A DNA stretch of 64,000 nt, taken from the IMG/VR virus record IMGVR_UViG_3300033145_002422; one strand, 5' to 3'. Positions 19,819 to 30,374 of this stretch are shown here, one piece after another. The position numbers and the translations under genes were made by a program. Source of the DNA: a virus (lineage: Duplodnaviria > Caudoviricetes). The number at the start of each line of letters is the position of its first letter. The first letter of the stretch is position 1. Below the pieces are notes generated by a model, which had not been told where the DNA came from, searched no databases, and saw nothing but the letters and a program-made list of their open reading frames with translations.

Positions 19819-19847
19819 AGAGGATTTTATCATTTTTTTCGATATAA
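19819..19847 (+). promoter_or_regulatory. Putative phage late promoter
   Basis: AGAGG-N16-CGATATAA, just after a terminator. Confidence 0.55.
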
Positions 19848-19873
19848 TAGTATATGTTATGGAGATTTAACTA

Positions 19874-21718
19874 ATGTCAGTTTCAAAAGATAATGTTTTA
19901 TTCATTTATAGAAATAATGATATAGATAGCTATAATTTAGCTATTTATTATCAACAAATTCATGGGCTGGATGATGATCAGCTTTTTGGTATAGATTGTA
20001 GCGATATAGAGATATTACCTAATGGTATTTCATTTGATAATGAAGTTTTTTTTCCTATAAGAGGATATCTGCCTTCACTAGAAGCTTTTCCAGGAGAGAG
20101 AATATGGGTTATAATACTTGGATATAACGTTCCTGGAGGTTTTTATGATGAAGATACTCATGATATAATTTCTTCTACTTCAAGAGTATCAAGAATACAT
20201 TGGGGATATGACAGGCAACAGAATAGTAAATTATATAATAGGGCTATATTTAAAAGATTTGATGAGACTGATGCAGATCGCGCTTTAATTGTTTCTAGAA
20301 TAGATGCTCCTACATATGAAGCAGCAAAAAATATGATTGATAAAGCATACGAAATGAAGAACCAAGCGTTGGCTAATGGAAGGTTTTTCTTTGATCCGTA
20401 TTCTAATTTTAATTCTGGTCAATCTCAGTATATAACAGATTTAACAGATTTTTATATTAATACTCTATTTGATTTAAATATGAAAGTTTGTTCTACAACT
20501 TTTATAAGTCCATATATAGATGTCGTTTTTCCTTATTTAAAACATGATTCATTTTATTGGGGATGGTTTACTGATAGAGCTACGGAATCTTTTTTCAAAA
20601 GCACAGATACAGAAAGAATATTTTTTTATAATGCAGATTTAGATAGTGCATTTACCGTAAAGAATACCGTAGCTGGTAATTTTTGTCCTTTAGCTATATT
20701 GAATGATTATGTTTCTGTTGCTGGTGCTATGTCTGACCCTGGCGAAGATGGTTTTTTAAGACCAAGACCATTTTTTGATGCATTATATCGTGGTGCTACA
20801 ATAGGGGAAGCTTATCTTTATAGTAATCCTTATTATAATTGGACGATGGCATTGTTTGGAGATCCATTGGTTCAAGTTGTTTTTTATAGCGACCCTCTTG
20901 GTGTTATATCTCCATATGGAGCAAGAGTTAGAATACCAGAAGCAGATGATAACAAAAAAGATTCAGATTATGTAGATCAGTCAGAACTTAATAAAGAAAT
21001 GACAATTGAATTGGCTCAAGCCGTTGCCTACTATATGGAGAAGGAGAATGAAGCGTCCAGCTTATTTAATTCTATGGTGTCGAGTGAAGACATTGGTTTG
21101 GAAGTAAAATTATTATATCCTACGTTAGATGTAGCAAGGCAAACAAATAGTAATACTAGATTTTCGAAATTTTACAAACCATCAAAGGACATGCTTACAT
21201 ACATGAGAGATGTTTTAATTCCATATGAAAATAATAAAGGTGCTAATTTGTTAACTGTAAATGATTATTTGTCTTATAAGGGATTAAAGATAAGTAGAAT
21301 ATTATTGCCCATGATTCAAAATATTGATGGAGGAATACTTACTGAGAATTTGTATACAGAAGGGTATTGGGAGTTAGAACATGTTGTATTTGATTTCACT
21401 CCTGAAGATTTTTTCTTTTATGTTACAGATTACAATTTTATTATACAAGTATCAACGGATGATATATTTTCAGATATAGTTTTAACAATAAATAGTTCAT
21501 CAAATAAATCTGGCTGGTATTTTGAAATAGAAGAAAATAGTTTTTCTCTCTTGCCAGCAACTGGTTTTCCTATTAACTATGTCGGTAGAAGAGTTTTATA
21601 TAAAAGTAAAGTTTCTGATTATTTAACAAGGGCTGAAATATATTATTTTAGGGTTATACAAACATATTCTTCTGGCACTAGCATACCTTCTGTTTATACC
21701 CAAATAATATATACATAA
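19874..21718 (+). CDS. TIGR03790-like protein
   Basis: DS..LA.YY, VSRIDAPT, GA.SDP, L.RGATIGEAYL and W.MALFGDPL motifs. Confidence 0.7.
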   Translation: MSVSKDNVLFIYRNNDIDSYNLAIYYQQIHGLDDDQLFGIDCSDIEILPNGISFDNEVFFPIRGYLPSLEAFPGERIWVIILGYNVPGGFYDEDTHDIISSTSRVSRIHWGYDRQQNSKLYNRAIFKRFDETDADRALIVSRIDAPTYEAAKNMIDKAYEMKNQALANGRFFFDPYSNFNSGQSQYITDLTDFYINTLFDLNMKVCSTTFISPYIDVVFPYLKHDSFYWGWFTDRATESFFKSTDTERIFFYNADLDSAFTVKNTVAGNFCPLAILNDYVSVAGAMSDPGEDGFLRPRPFFDALYRGATIGEAYLYSNPYYNWTMALFGDPLVQVVFYSDPLGVISPYGARVRIPEADDNKKDSDYVDQSELNKEMTIELAQAVAYYMEKENEASSLFNSMVSSEDIGLEVKLLYPTLDVARQTNSNTRFSKFYKPSKDMLTYMRDVLIPYENNKGANLLTVNDYLSYKGLKISRILLPMIQNIDGGILTENLYTEGYWELEHVVFDFTPEDFFFYVTDYNFIIQVSTDDIFSDIVLTINSSSNKSGWYFEIEENSFSLLPATGFPINYVGRRVLYKSKVSDYLTRAEIYYFRVIQTYSSGTSIPSVYTQIIYT

Positions 21719-21733
21719 ATATTTGAGGAGTCA

Positions 21734-24076
21734 ATGACTACTGTAAGTAATTATTTATCTGTATCTAATACAATTGGAAATATGTATCAAAGAGAAAAAG
21801 ATATAAAATCCAAGGTTGGTAATATTATTTCTATTATTTCTGATGCTCCGACAGGTATGCAGAATCCTACATCTAATGTTATTTTAAAAAATTATAATAT
21901 TACTGAAGACCAGTTTCAAAATGGAATAGATAATCCATATGATTTAATTAATTTGACAAAGAATTTGAATGAATCAGCTATGTCTGGTTTTGGTTATTTT
22001 ACTGTAGATGATTTCTTGGAAGGAGAGGGAATTAAAGTTATTAGTAATTATGCTGATGTTTCAAATATTATTGGAGGAATGCATTATATTAGTGAATCTA
22101 ATATAGGAGAAATATTTCCTAGATATTTGGCTGGTTATGATAATTTAATAGGATTATCAAGAAGTTTATCTAGTATACAAACAGTTTTAGATTATGCCGT
22201 TTTTCAAGGTTGCAATTCATATGTCTATTTAGTAGGTACTCATTCAACAGTTCCAGCTACAAGATTTGCTATGGATCAAGAATATGATGAAGCTACAGAT
22301 ACTTGGCCTATAGTGGAATTGTTGTTACAAGAATGCGAAGCAAGAGGAATAGATTTATGGTTAACTTTTTATGATCCTAGATTTTATGAACCTGGATATG
22401 TCGGGGTTGTAGAAGGCGAATTGGGCCTTTATGGATCTAATATGTGGTTTAAAAAATGGTTTGCAAGTCTTGCTAAGTTATCTGTTTTAAATCCAAGATT
22501 GAAAGGTATAATTTGGGATGATATCGGAGAATATGAATTTTTTCAAAAAACTAATGTATATTCATGGTTGGATGGAGATGGAGTCCCAATTCTTACAGTT
22601 GATTATTGTCGTGATTTGTATGAAGGAATAAAAGCAGAAAACGAAGCTTTTAAGATGTTGTGGGTGTGCTATGAACCGTATGACTATTGGACTCATGATA
22701 TATGGGCTGAGAGAATGCCATATACTGATGGTTTAGTTTATGCTATATATAGATATACAAATATTGCTGATGGACCAGTAGATCCAGTTCATGGAAACCC
22801 GATACCGTTTCCTTTATGGGCTGACATGACTCCTGAATATTTGCAGAAGATATATGATGAACAAAAAGAAACAATAATAAATAATTTACTTCTTCCATGG
22901 CAAGATTTTTGGTACTGTTTATATGTTAGTGGCACTTCCAGCGGAGGAGCGATGAGCGAGAGTATTCTCGAAGCTCAGATTGATAAGTGTATGACCGATA
23001 GAGATGTAGGTAGTATTTATTATTTTACAGTTAGACAAGATTCAGCTATGTATACAGATAGTTGTCTTTTTGGTGATAGCGGATTAGAATGTAGGAAAGG
23101 ATTAATTGTTAAAAGTGCGTTTGAGGAAACTGATTATGTTCCTTTATACGATTTATATGAACGTTGTAATGATACACTAGATAGTTTGCTCGATGGTAAA
23201 GACCCTTTAACTTCTATGAAGATATATTCTACGCAAATTAATCCCCCTTTAACAGGACCAGGATATGATGCTCCAGGAACATATGTAAGAAATACGGATT
23301 GTTGGATTAAAGATGTGAAGGGTTTAACCGCAATGTCTCCATATCATACTGGTTTCACTTGGGCTGGTGGTGCTAGGGCATGTACTTTAGTTACGCCTAG
23401 ACATGTAATTGGTTGTGCTCATAGTATGATGAGTATAGGTTTTTTGTTAAGATTTGTTGATAGAAATAATAATGTTTATATTAGAGAGATAGTAGATATA
23501 TGGGGAGGAGAATTTCTTTCCGGTGCTCCTGATCCATGTTTGTATGCACAATATAATATTAATAAGGATATTATGATTGGGTTGTTGGATGATGATTTAC
23601 CAAGTAATATAGAATATGTTTCAGTTTTTGCTAACGATATTGAAGATTATTTACCAGTTGTTCCTTATGAAGTGGCAACTGTTTCTATGATTGGCGCAGG
23701 TATTACACAAACTCACCCAGATAGAATGGCTAATGTTAGAAATACAACAAATATTCATGTTGATTGGGGTTTGTATGCATGTTCTTTAGGAATGTGCCAT
23801 TATGTCAATAGTTCTATTCCTTGGGATTCTCCTTTAAGAATACCTTTTTATAATTCTCCACAATCTGGGGATTCTGGAGAACCAGTATTTTTTATAGTTA
23901 ATAATGAATTAGTTTTAATATCTCATCATTATGGAGCTACTACTGGTCCTTCATATCATGATGTTATTGTAGGGATAAATTATGCTATGAAAACGTTAAG
24001 CGAAAGGCAGTTTCCACAATCACCTGTTTATACATTGACAGAATTCGATCTTACTGGTGCAGGAAAATTTCGGTAA
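21734..24076 (+). CDS. Multidomain protein with a possible glycoside-hydrolase-like middle and a C-terminal trypsin-like serine protease
   Basis: TLVTPRHVIGCAH (His), KDIMIG (Asp), GDSG (Ser); middle region ARGIDLW...GIIWDD is TIM-barrel-like. Confidence 0.65.
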   Translation: MTTVSNYLSVSNTIGNMYQREKDIKSKVGNIISIISDAPTGMQNPTSNVILKNYNITEDQFQNGIDNPYDLINLTKNLNESAMSGFGYFTVDDFLEGEGIKVISNYADVSNIIGGMHYISESNIGEIFPRYLAGYDNLIGLSRSLSSIQTVLDYAVFQGCNSYVYLVGTHSTVPATRFAMDQEYDEATDTWPIVELLLQECEARGIDLWLTFYDPRFYEPGYVGVVEGELGLYGSNMWFKKWFASLAKLSVLNPRLKGIIWDDIGEYEFFQKTNVYSWLDGDGVPILTVDYCRDLYEGIKAENEAFKMLWVCYEPYDYWTHDIWAERMPYTDGLVYAIYRYTNIADGPVDPVHGNPIPFPLWADMTPEYLQKIYDEQKETIINNLLLPWQDFWYCLYVSGTSSGGAMSESILEAQIDKCMTDRDVGSIYYFTVRQDSAMYTDSCLFGDSGLECRKGLIVKSAFEETDYVPLYDLYERCNDTLDSLLDGKDPLTSMKIYSTQINPPLTGPGYDAPGTYVRNTDCWIKDVKGLTAMSPYHTGFTWAGGARACTLVTPRHVIGCAHSMMSIGFLLRFVDRNNNVYIREIVDIWGGEFLSGAPDPCLYAQYNINKDIMIGLLDDDLPSNIEYVSVFANDIEDYLPVVPYEVATVSMIGAGITQTHPDRMANVRNTTNIHVDWGLYACSLGMCHYVNSSIPWDSPLRIPFYNSPQSGDSGEPVFFIVNNELVLISHHYGATTGPSYHDVIVGINYAMKTLSERQFPQSPVYTLTEFDLTGAGKFR

Positions 24077-24114
24077 TGTTTAATGTATATAATATTAATG
24101 TAAAACTTATAATT

Positions 24115-24143
24115 AAAGGTATTTTTTGAAATAATCGATAATA
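24115..24143 (+). promoter_or_regulatory. Putative phage late promoter of terL (leaderless)
   Basis: AAAGG-N16-CGATAATA; ATG about 9 nt downstream. Confidence 0.55.
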
Positions 24144-24150
24144 TTATACT

Positions 24151-26025
24151 ATGCCAAGAAAAGAATGGAAATCAATTTCAGATATGATAAGTCAAGCCGC
24201 TACTGTTATTGATGTGTCTGAGATCACCAGTGAAAAGTTTATTCCTGATATTATTACTTTTTGTGAGCATCCAGATTATTTAGATATGAAATCTAGTAAT
24301 ATAGAATTATATCCTATGCAAAGAATAATGTTGAAGGTTTTTTATAGGGGTTCTGTAGGCAACGAGCTTGTTACTTTAACAGAAGAAGAGATGGAATTGT
24401 GTAGGGTATTGAATCTTGACAATCCTGATAATGGAGATGTATTAGGAAAATATAAAAGTATTGAAAGGTTTAGAGAATTAGTTTTAGTGTGGGGTCGTCG
24501 TAGCGGAAAAGATTTTATTTCCTCAGTTGTCGCCCTATATGAGGCTATGAAACTATTAGAATGTCAGAGTGGAGATCCATATATTACATATAATATAGGT
24601 TCTGCTAATCCAATAACTATTTTGACTATTGCGACTGCTAAAGATCAAGCTGATATAGCTTTTCAGGAAGTAAAGGATAAATTATTAAGAAGTAGATATT
24701 TCAAAGATAAAATAGGACAAGATGCGATACAATCTCAGTCTATTTGTTTACTTACTCCAAAAGATAGGAAAGATAATAAAGAATATAAGGAAAGAAGATT
24801 ACCTCTTAAAAAAGGATCTATTGTTATTGAGGTTGGTCACAGTAATTCAGATTCATTGTTAGGTAAAAGTATTTTTGTTTTAATATTAGATGAAGTAGCA
24901 GCATACAAAAATACAGGTGGGTCTTCTGGTGGAGATAGGATATATACAGCTTTAACTCCTTCTTTGAATACATTCGTTAGAAATGAGAAATATATCGATA
25001 CCGATGGAAAAACGGTAGTTAGAAAAGTATATGATAGTAAAATAGTAAGTATTTCTTCTCCAAGAGGCCAGGATGGGATATTCTATAATTTGTTTAGAGA
25101 AAGCGACAATGTTCCTAGTAGATTAGGATGTAGATTACCAACGTGGTCAGTTAATCCAAATCAGGAAGAAGAATATTTAAGACAGACAAATTCTCATATG
25201 ACAGAAGAAATGTTTCAAATGGAATTTGGAGCAGAATTTTCAGGAACTGCTAGTGAAAATTTCTTTCCACGAGAAGTTGTTGAAATGTGTTTTACTCATT
25301 CATTAAAATTAAGAGATATAGGAGAACCTGGAAAAGTTTATTTTGCTCATTTAGATCCAGCTACAACGAGTCATAATTATGCTCTTGTTATTGTACATAA
25401 AGAGTTTTTTATTCATCCAGAAACTAAAAAAGCAGATTATATTATTATTGTTGACCATGTAAAATATTGGCAACCAGATATAGGAAAGCCAGTTAATGAA
25501 GAAGAAGTTGATGAATACGTTATTGGTTTACGAAGAAGGTTTCATCTAGGATTGGTAACATATGATCAATGGAATAGCAGTAAGAGTATATTAAAACTTA
25601 GAAAACATGGAATGCCAGCTAAAAAGACAGCATTTAGTAAAAGATATAAAAATATTATATATGATGAATTATATAGATTAGCAGTTGGGGAAAGGCTGAA
25701 AATACCTTACCATAATTTTTTGAAGGGGGAGATGATGAATTTGCAGAGAAAATATACTCCGAATGGATATAGAGTTTATCCGAAAAGAGATGGTGAGTAT
25801 ACTACTGATGATATTGTAGACTGCGTTGCTGGAGCTTGTTACGATTCTATTTCTGCTGAAATTACAAGACTTCCTGTAGGAAGATTAGTTAACACAGGTT
25901 ATTCTCCGAGTAGTGGTGATGTTGCTTGGAGAAGTATGCAGGGAACCTTATATGGCGTTGGTTCTGGAGAAAGGGTTTCAAAGGAATTGGAAAAAAGAGC
26001 TTCATGGCCTGGATATAAAAGATAA
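24151..26025 (+). CDS. terL: Terminase large subunit
   Basis: LYPMQ, WGRRSGKD Walker A, LILDE Walker B, ISSP coupling motif, HLDPA nuclease motif, YDQWNS, DDIVD. Confidence 0.92.
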   Translation: MPRKEWKSISDMISQAATVIDVSEITSEKFIPDIITFCEHPDYLDMKSSNIELYPMQRIMLKVFYRGSVGNELVTLTEEEMELCRVLNLDNPDNGDVLGKYKSIERFRELVLVWGRRSGKDFISSVVALYEAMKLLECQSGDPYITYNIGSANPITILTIATAKDQADIAFQEVKDKLLRSRYFKDKIGQDAIQSQSICLLTPKDRKDNKEYKERRLPLKKGSIVIEVGHSNSDSLLGKSIFVLILDEVAAYKNTGGSSGGDRIYTALTPSLNTFVRNEKYIDTDGKTVVRKVYDSKIVSISSPRGQDGIFYNLFRESDNVPSRLGCRLPTWSVNPNQEEEYLRQTNSHMTEEMFQMEFGAEFSGTASENFFPREVVEMCFTHSLKLRDIGEPGKVYFAHLDPATTSHNYALVIVHKEFFIHPETKKADYIIIVDHVKYWQPDIGKPVNEEEVDEYVIGLRRRFHLGLVTYDQWNSSKSILKLRKHGMPAKKTAFSKRYKNIIYDELYRLAVGERLKIPYHNFLKGEMMNLQRKYTPNGYRVYPKRDGEYTTDDIVDCVAGACYDSISAEITRLPVGRLVNTGYSPSSGDVAWRSMQGTLYGVGSGERVSKELEKRASWPGYKR

Positions 26026-26095
26026 ATAATAGAAGGATTTATCTATATTTTATTTAAAATAAAGAATTGAAAGATTATCTATTGGAGAATGAGAA

Positions 26096-27112
26096 ATGTT
26101 TAATTTGAATAAAAATTCCAAGGAACAGAGAAAAATAGCCCAAAACGTTGTTGTAATAACTGAAAAAATGCTTATTGAAAATAATGAAAAACTTGGACTG
26201 GAACCAAATGAGGAAGATGGAAACTATAATAAGCTCTTGGAAAGCGATAGGGAGAACTCTGTTGGAGATAAGAATTATGAAAAATTATTAGCAGATGTTA
26301 GAGTTGAATCATCTGATGATAAATCTATTTTAGAGTCAGTTCTTAATAATACTAAAGATACCATGAATAAGCTCAGAGACGAAGAAACTAATGTTCCTTT
26401 AATGGATTTTGCTAAAAAGAATGTAGTTGAAAAAGAAAAAACATATCAAAAAGCTATAAATGCTAGCGATAGCGATACATCTTTTTGGGATAAGTATGTT
26501 GGTCAGCAATTAGATAAAGATCAAATTACAAAAATAACTAATAATATACAGTCTAGTCAACTAGTTTCTAATTATGATACGAGAGAAAATTTTAATAAAG
26601 AAAACCCATCTATTGGAAAGAAAGTCCCTGTGGCAGTTGATGAGATTTTAAAAGATGCAGATGCCATGTTGTATTTTATATATAGAACGGCGGCAGAAGG
26701 GTCTAGGGAACTTAACGACAAAGAGAAGCAAATAATTACTGATATTAATTCTGGTAAGATTAGAATACTTTCTCAGTTTAAACAAGAACAAAATTTATCT
26801 GAAGAAGAATGGGATGAATTGATGAGAGAAGAAAAAATGCTTATGGAAGCAGATGATACAGAATCTCAGGAAATAGCAGAAGCTAATTTAACAGATACTT
26901 TAAATGACCAAAAAATGGAAGATGGATTGGAATTTGGGGATCAATTTTCCCAGAAACAGGATGATTGGGAAACACAGGAAGAGGCAGATGCTTCGCGTAG
27001 GCTCAATAAAGAACAAGAGATATTGAGAGGGGGCATAGATCCGGTAACGGGAGAGTATGGTCGTCATTCCGATACTCCTTCTTTAGATCAACCATGGTGG
27101 GGAGATAGATAA
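26096..27112 (+). CDS. Hypothetical acidic protein, putative head/internal protein
   Basis: MFNL...KIAQ start; VITEKML motif shared with the scaffold region. Confidence 0.65.
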   Translation: MFNLNKNSKEQRKIAQNVVVITEKMLIENNEKLGLEPNEEDGNYNKLLESDRENSVGDKNYEKLLADVRVESSDDKSILESVLNNTKDTMNKLRDEETNVPLMDFAKKNVVEKEKTYQKAINASDSDTSFWDKYVGQQLDKDQITKITNNIQSSQLVSNYDTRENFNKENPSIGKKVPVAVDEILKDADAMLYFIYRTAAEGSRELNDKEKQIITDINSGKIRILSQFKQEQNLSEEEWDELMREEKMLMEADDTESQEIAEANLTDTLNDQKMEDGLEFGDQFSQKQDDWETQEEADASRRLNKEQEILRGGIDPVTGEYGRHSDTPSLDQPWWGDR

Positions 27113-27330
27113 TGAAAATTATAAAAAAATCAGATATTGGAGAAAGAAGATTTAGAGTAGGTATTTATGTGGATATTTTTGTTCCTGAAACTGATAATTT
27201 AGAAGTAGATAGGATGACCGCATCTATGAAAGCAGAAGAAATCGTAAGGAAAATTCCTAATAATGCGTATTTGGGAGATGTTGCTCATTATACCCCAAGA
27301 CTTGATAAGCCATTAGATAGGGATATATAA
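27112..27330 (+). CDS. Hypothetical protein
   Basis: GGAG SD, TAATG coupling, MKIIKKS start. Confidence 0.6.
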   Translation: MKIIKKSDIGERRFRVGIYVDIFVPETDNLEVDRMTASMKAEEIVRKIPNNAYLGDVAHYTPRLDKPLDRDI

Positions 27331-27333
27331 TTA

Positions 27334-27789
27334 ATGAATTTTTATAAAAGAATGAAATTATCATTTCGTGGAAATATTCCGAGAATGGATGAAATGGATG
27401 ATTTAGACCCATACAAAAAGCACAAGCCTGGTGATGGTAATGGATTAGAAATGAAAACGCCAGGTGACGAAGAAGGCTGGAGTGGACTTGGGACTAGAGT
27501 GAGGGGTAAAGATTTTCCGAAGAATATAATGCAAAAAGATGATTATGATTTACAGAGGGATAAAGACATCCCTACTGTTGATCATGCATTAATGGGAGAA
27601 AATGCTCCGCTTCCAGGTGATACCGGGGTAGATAATGGAGAACTTTATGATAGCGATTCGCCATTGAGCATGGAGAGAACAGTTGCTGATAAATTAGAAG
27701 GTCATTACAGTAATCCTAATGGACCTCATAATATGAATGGTGGTGGAAGATTAGGATTATATAGAAGATTAAGAGAAAGGATTAGATAA
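27334..27789 (+). CDS. Hypothetical protein
   Basis: MNFYK..KLS start; operon position. Confidence 0.6.
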   Translation: MNFYKRMKLSFRGNIPRMDEMDDLDPYKKHKPGDGNGLEMKTPGDEEGWSGLGTRVRGKDFPKNIMQKDDYDLQRDKDIPTVDHALMGENAPLPGDTGVDNGELYDSDSPLSMERTVADKLEGHYSNPNGPHNMNGGGRLGLYRRLRERIR

Positions 27790-27799
27790 GGAGGTTATT

Positions 27800-28477
27800 A
27801 TGTCAAAATATATGGTGAATAAGGGGTTAAAAGGAATACTGATTTTAGATGCTGTAAAATTAGATTTGAATCCTGGGCAAGTTTTTAATCTTACAGAAGA
27901 TCAACTTAAAGATAATCAAGTAAAGATATCTATTAGACAAGGATATATATCTCTTGTAGAATCTGTTGAAAAAGAGAAAATAGTAGTAGATAAAAAGTTA
28001 ACTTCTGTCAAGATTGCTAAAAAGGTAGAAATTAAACCGGAAGAAGTTGAAGAAGTTGAAGAGAAAACGAATATGTCTTCTTGGGATGCTTATAACGGAA
28101 AATTGGCAGACAAAGAAGCAAGTGCTAAATTAGTTAGCGAACAAATGAAGTCAAACAAGCAGAAAAAAGTTCAAAAAGGAGATGTAGATTTCAAAAAAGG
28201 AGAAATAGTCAAAAAGAAAAGAGTAAGAAAGAGTAAGAAAAATGCTAAAGAAGTAAAAAAGGAAACTAAATTAAATAAATCCTCAAAAAAATCTAAAATA
28301 AATAGGATATTTGATGAAGCTGTCGAAGAAGTTGATGTTGCTTTTGTTGATTCTAATAAGAAAGTTGAAGAATTATCTTTTGTTGACCAAGAGCAGGAGG
28401 CGGAGAGGCTTAAGAGGCATCCCATATTGTCAAAAAAGAATAAGGATATTGTTCAACAAAATGGAGATGTATCGTAA
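27800..28477 (+). CDS. Hypothetical Lys/Glu-rich protein
   Basis: AAGGAGG SD. Confidence 0.65.
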   Translation: MSKYMVNKGLKGILILDAVKLDLNPGQVFNLTEDQLKDNQVKISIRQGYISLVESVEKEKIVVDKKLTSVKIAKKVEIKPEEVEEVEEKTNMSSWDAYNGKLADKEASAKLVSEQMKSNKQKKVQKGDVDFKKGEIVKKKRVRKSKKNAKEVKKETKLNKSSKKSKINRIFDEAVEEVDVAFVDSNKKVEELSFVDQEQEAERLKRHPILSKKNKDIVQQNGDVS

Positions 28478-28481
28478 TTAA

Positions 28482-28607
28482 ATGAAATATATTTTTACAT
28501 CTAAAAATAAGGATAAAAAGAAAAAAGCAAGAAAAAAGAAATTCAAAAATTATTGGAAAATATTAGAACCTATCCAATATGTTGAATTGCTTGTAAAAGG
28601 TTTGTAA
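28482..28607 (+). CDS. Small basic ORF (41 aa, MKYIFTSKNKDKKKKARKKKF...)
   Basis: Translated by hand; fills the gap between the upstream gene and the terminator; weak SD. Confidence 0.3.
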   Translation: MKYIFTSKNKDKKKKARKKKFKNYWKILEPIQYVELLVKGL

Positions 28608-28611
28608 TCAA

Positions 28612-28647
28612 AAGCCTAAGCGGAATTTATACTGCTTGGGCTTTATT
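28612..28647 (+). terminator. Intrinsic terminator-like hairpin
   Basis: aaagcctaagcgg...ctgcttgggcttt. Confidence 0.65.
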
Positions 28648-28658
28648 ATAACAATATA

Positions 28659-28688
28659 CAAGGAAATGCTATTTTTTTATGTAATTTA
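28659..28688 (+). promoter_or_regulatory. Putative phage late promoter (leaderless)
   Basis: CAAGG-N17-GTAATTT, just after a terminator. Confidence 0.45.
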
Positions 28689-28694
28689 ATATTA

Positions 28695-29510
28695 ATGGAT
28701 AATATGTGGGAAATAATTGTTAAAGAGTTGTCTTACCATGGCATAAAAATTGTTAATGATAAGATATGTCAATATAGTGATGAAAACAGGATTAGGACTA
28801 TTTCCATAGAGAAATGTATAGCTATTTTTAGAGGAAAAATGTCTGTTAATATAAAAGAATTTATGAAATTATGGAAAGAAGTAGGTAACGTTTTGAATTC
28901 TCAAGATGTTCAATTTTATAATGAAGCTATTGATTATAAAAGTGTAAATCTTTTTATAGAATCTATGAAAGATCTATTTAAATTTGGAATGTTTGTTTCG
29001 GAAAATTATGGTTGTTATTATGAAGCAATAGTAAAAACAGGAGTTTTGAATGTAATAAGAAACTCTATTGATAAAGATTATAAGCAATTTTCTAAAGAAA
29101 TAATATTGTCTATTCCTGACTATAAAATTACTCTTGATTGGATATATAGAAGAAATTCTATATTAACATATTTAATAAAACTTTTGAAATTTGCTAAAAC
29201 TGGACAAAAAAACGTTTGTAAATATGTTATAAAAACGGCTAGAGGAGTTCAAGGTCCATGGGGTAATTTAGATCTTCCTATGTTGGAGCGTAAATTCCCA
29301 TGGGATGATATAGAGGAAGAAATAAGAGGAAGAGATAGAGATATTAAGAGACAAAGAAGATATAGAATGGGTCTCGAAAACTATAACAACGATGGTCGAG
29401 TCGGCGAGGGCTATTACTGGCGGGAGATCAGAAATGAGCCGTTTTCTTGGTATAATAGGGCAGATGATAGCCCTTATCCACAAAGAGACACATTGGGAAA
29501 TTGGGGGTAA
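28695..29510 (+). CDS. Hypothetical protein whose 3' end is duplicated downstream
   Basis: ORF; C-terminal VQGPWGNLDLPM...EGYYWRE region. Confidence 0.7.
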   Translation: MDNMWEIIVKELSYHGIKIVNDKICQYSDENRIRTISIEKCIAIFRGKMSVNIKEFMKLWKEVGNVLNSQDVQFYNEAIDYKSVNLFIESMKDLFKFGMFVSENYGCYYEAIVKTGVLNVIRNSIDKDYKQFSKEIILSIPDYKITLDWIYRRNSILTYLIKLLKFAKTGQKNVCKYVIKTARGVQGPWGNLDLPMLERKFPWDDIEEEIRGRDRDIKRQRRYRMGLENYNNDGRVGEGYYWREIRNEPFSWYNRADDSPYPQRDTLGNWG

Positions 29511-29511
29511 T
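29405..29511 (+). repeat. 107-bp perfect direct repeat, copy 1
   Basis: Identical to 30682-30788 by direct comparison. Confidence 0.95.
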
Positions 29512-29626
29512 GAGAAAAAGAGACTTGAAAAGTTCAAATTTTGATCAAAAAATTCTCATAATAAAAAAGGAATATGAACTAAATCCTCTAATTATAGCAT
29601 AGAAAGCTATTTTTGGAGGATTTTTT

Positions 29627-30322
29627 ATGTTTGATTTTTCTGATAATAAGAAAGATTTTTTTATTTGCCCCGAATGCAATAGGGAATTTGTTTCGTCTCA
29701 TAAGCATAGGAAATATTGTTCTGATGAATGTTTCAAATTGTCTCGTTACAAGTATGTAAAAGATAAAGATAAACAAAGATATATTCAGAACAGAATATGT
29801 AAGCACTGCGGAGAAGTCGTTAAATCAGCTAGAAAAGATTTATATAGCGGAGGATGTTGTAAAAAGACAGAATGTATAGAGGCGGAAAAGAAACATAGAC
29901 AGAGGTTGGCTTCTAAAAAATATTATAACAAAAATCGGAAAAGACCAGTTAGAGATAAAAGGAGCGATTCAGAAGCATCTAAAAAATATCGAAAATTACA
30001 CAGGCAGAGAATAAATAAAAAGGACCAATATAGAAAAAAGAAAAACAGGGAATGGATTGCTAATTTGAAAAGAAAATCTCGATGCATAAAATGTAATGAT
30101 AATAGGTTTTATTGTTTAGATTTTCATCATTTAAATCCAGAAGAAAAAGACTTTAGTATTTCTCACGCTATATCAAGGAAATATGGCAAAGAAAGAATAT
30201 TAAAAGAAATAGAGAAGTGTATTGTTCTGTGCAAAAATTGCCATAGCGAAGTTCATTATTTAATGGAAACTGATGGCGATTTTAATTTAGAAGTGTGGCT
30301 GAATTGTAAAGGTATTTTGTGA
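29627..30322 (+). CDS. HNH endonuclease with N-terminal Zn fingers
   Basis: CIKC...LDFHH.NP..KDF...KCIVLCKNCH.EVH; GGAGG SD. Confidence 0.85.
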   Translation: MFDFSDNKKDFFICPECNREFVSSHKHRKYCSDECFKLSRYKYVKDKDKQRYIQNRICKHCGEVVKSARKDLYSGGCCKKTECIEAEKKHRQRLASKKYYNKNRKRPVRDKRSDSEASKKYRKLHRQRINKKDQYRKKKNREWIANLKRKSRCIKCNDNRFYCLDFHHLNPEEKDFSISHAISRKYGKERILKEIEKCIVLCKNCHSEVHYLMETDGDFNLEVWLNCKGIL

Positions 30323-30374
30323 AAAAGTATGTAAAATGATATTAGAGACATTCTTTAATTATAGGAATCAAGAT

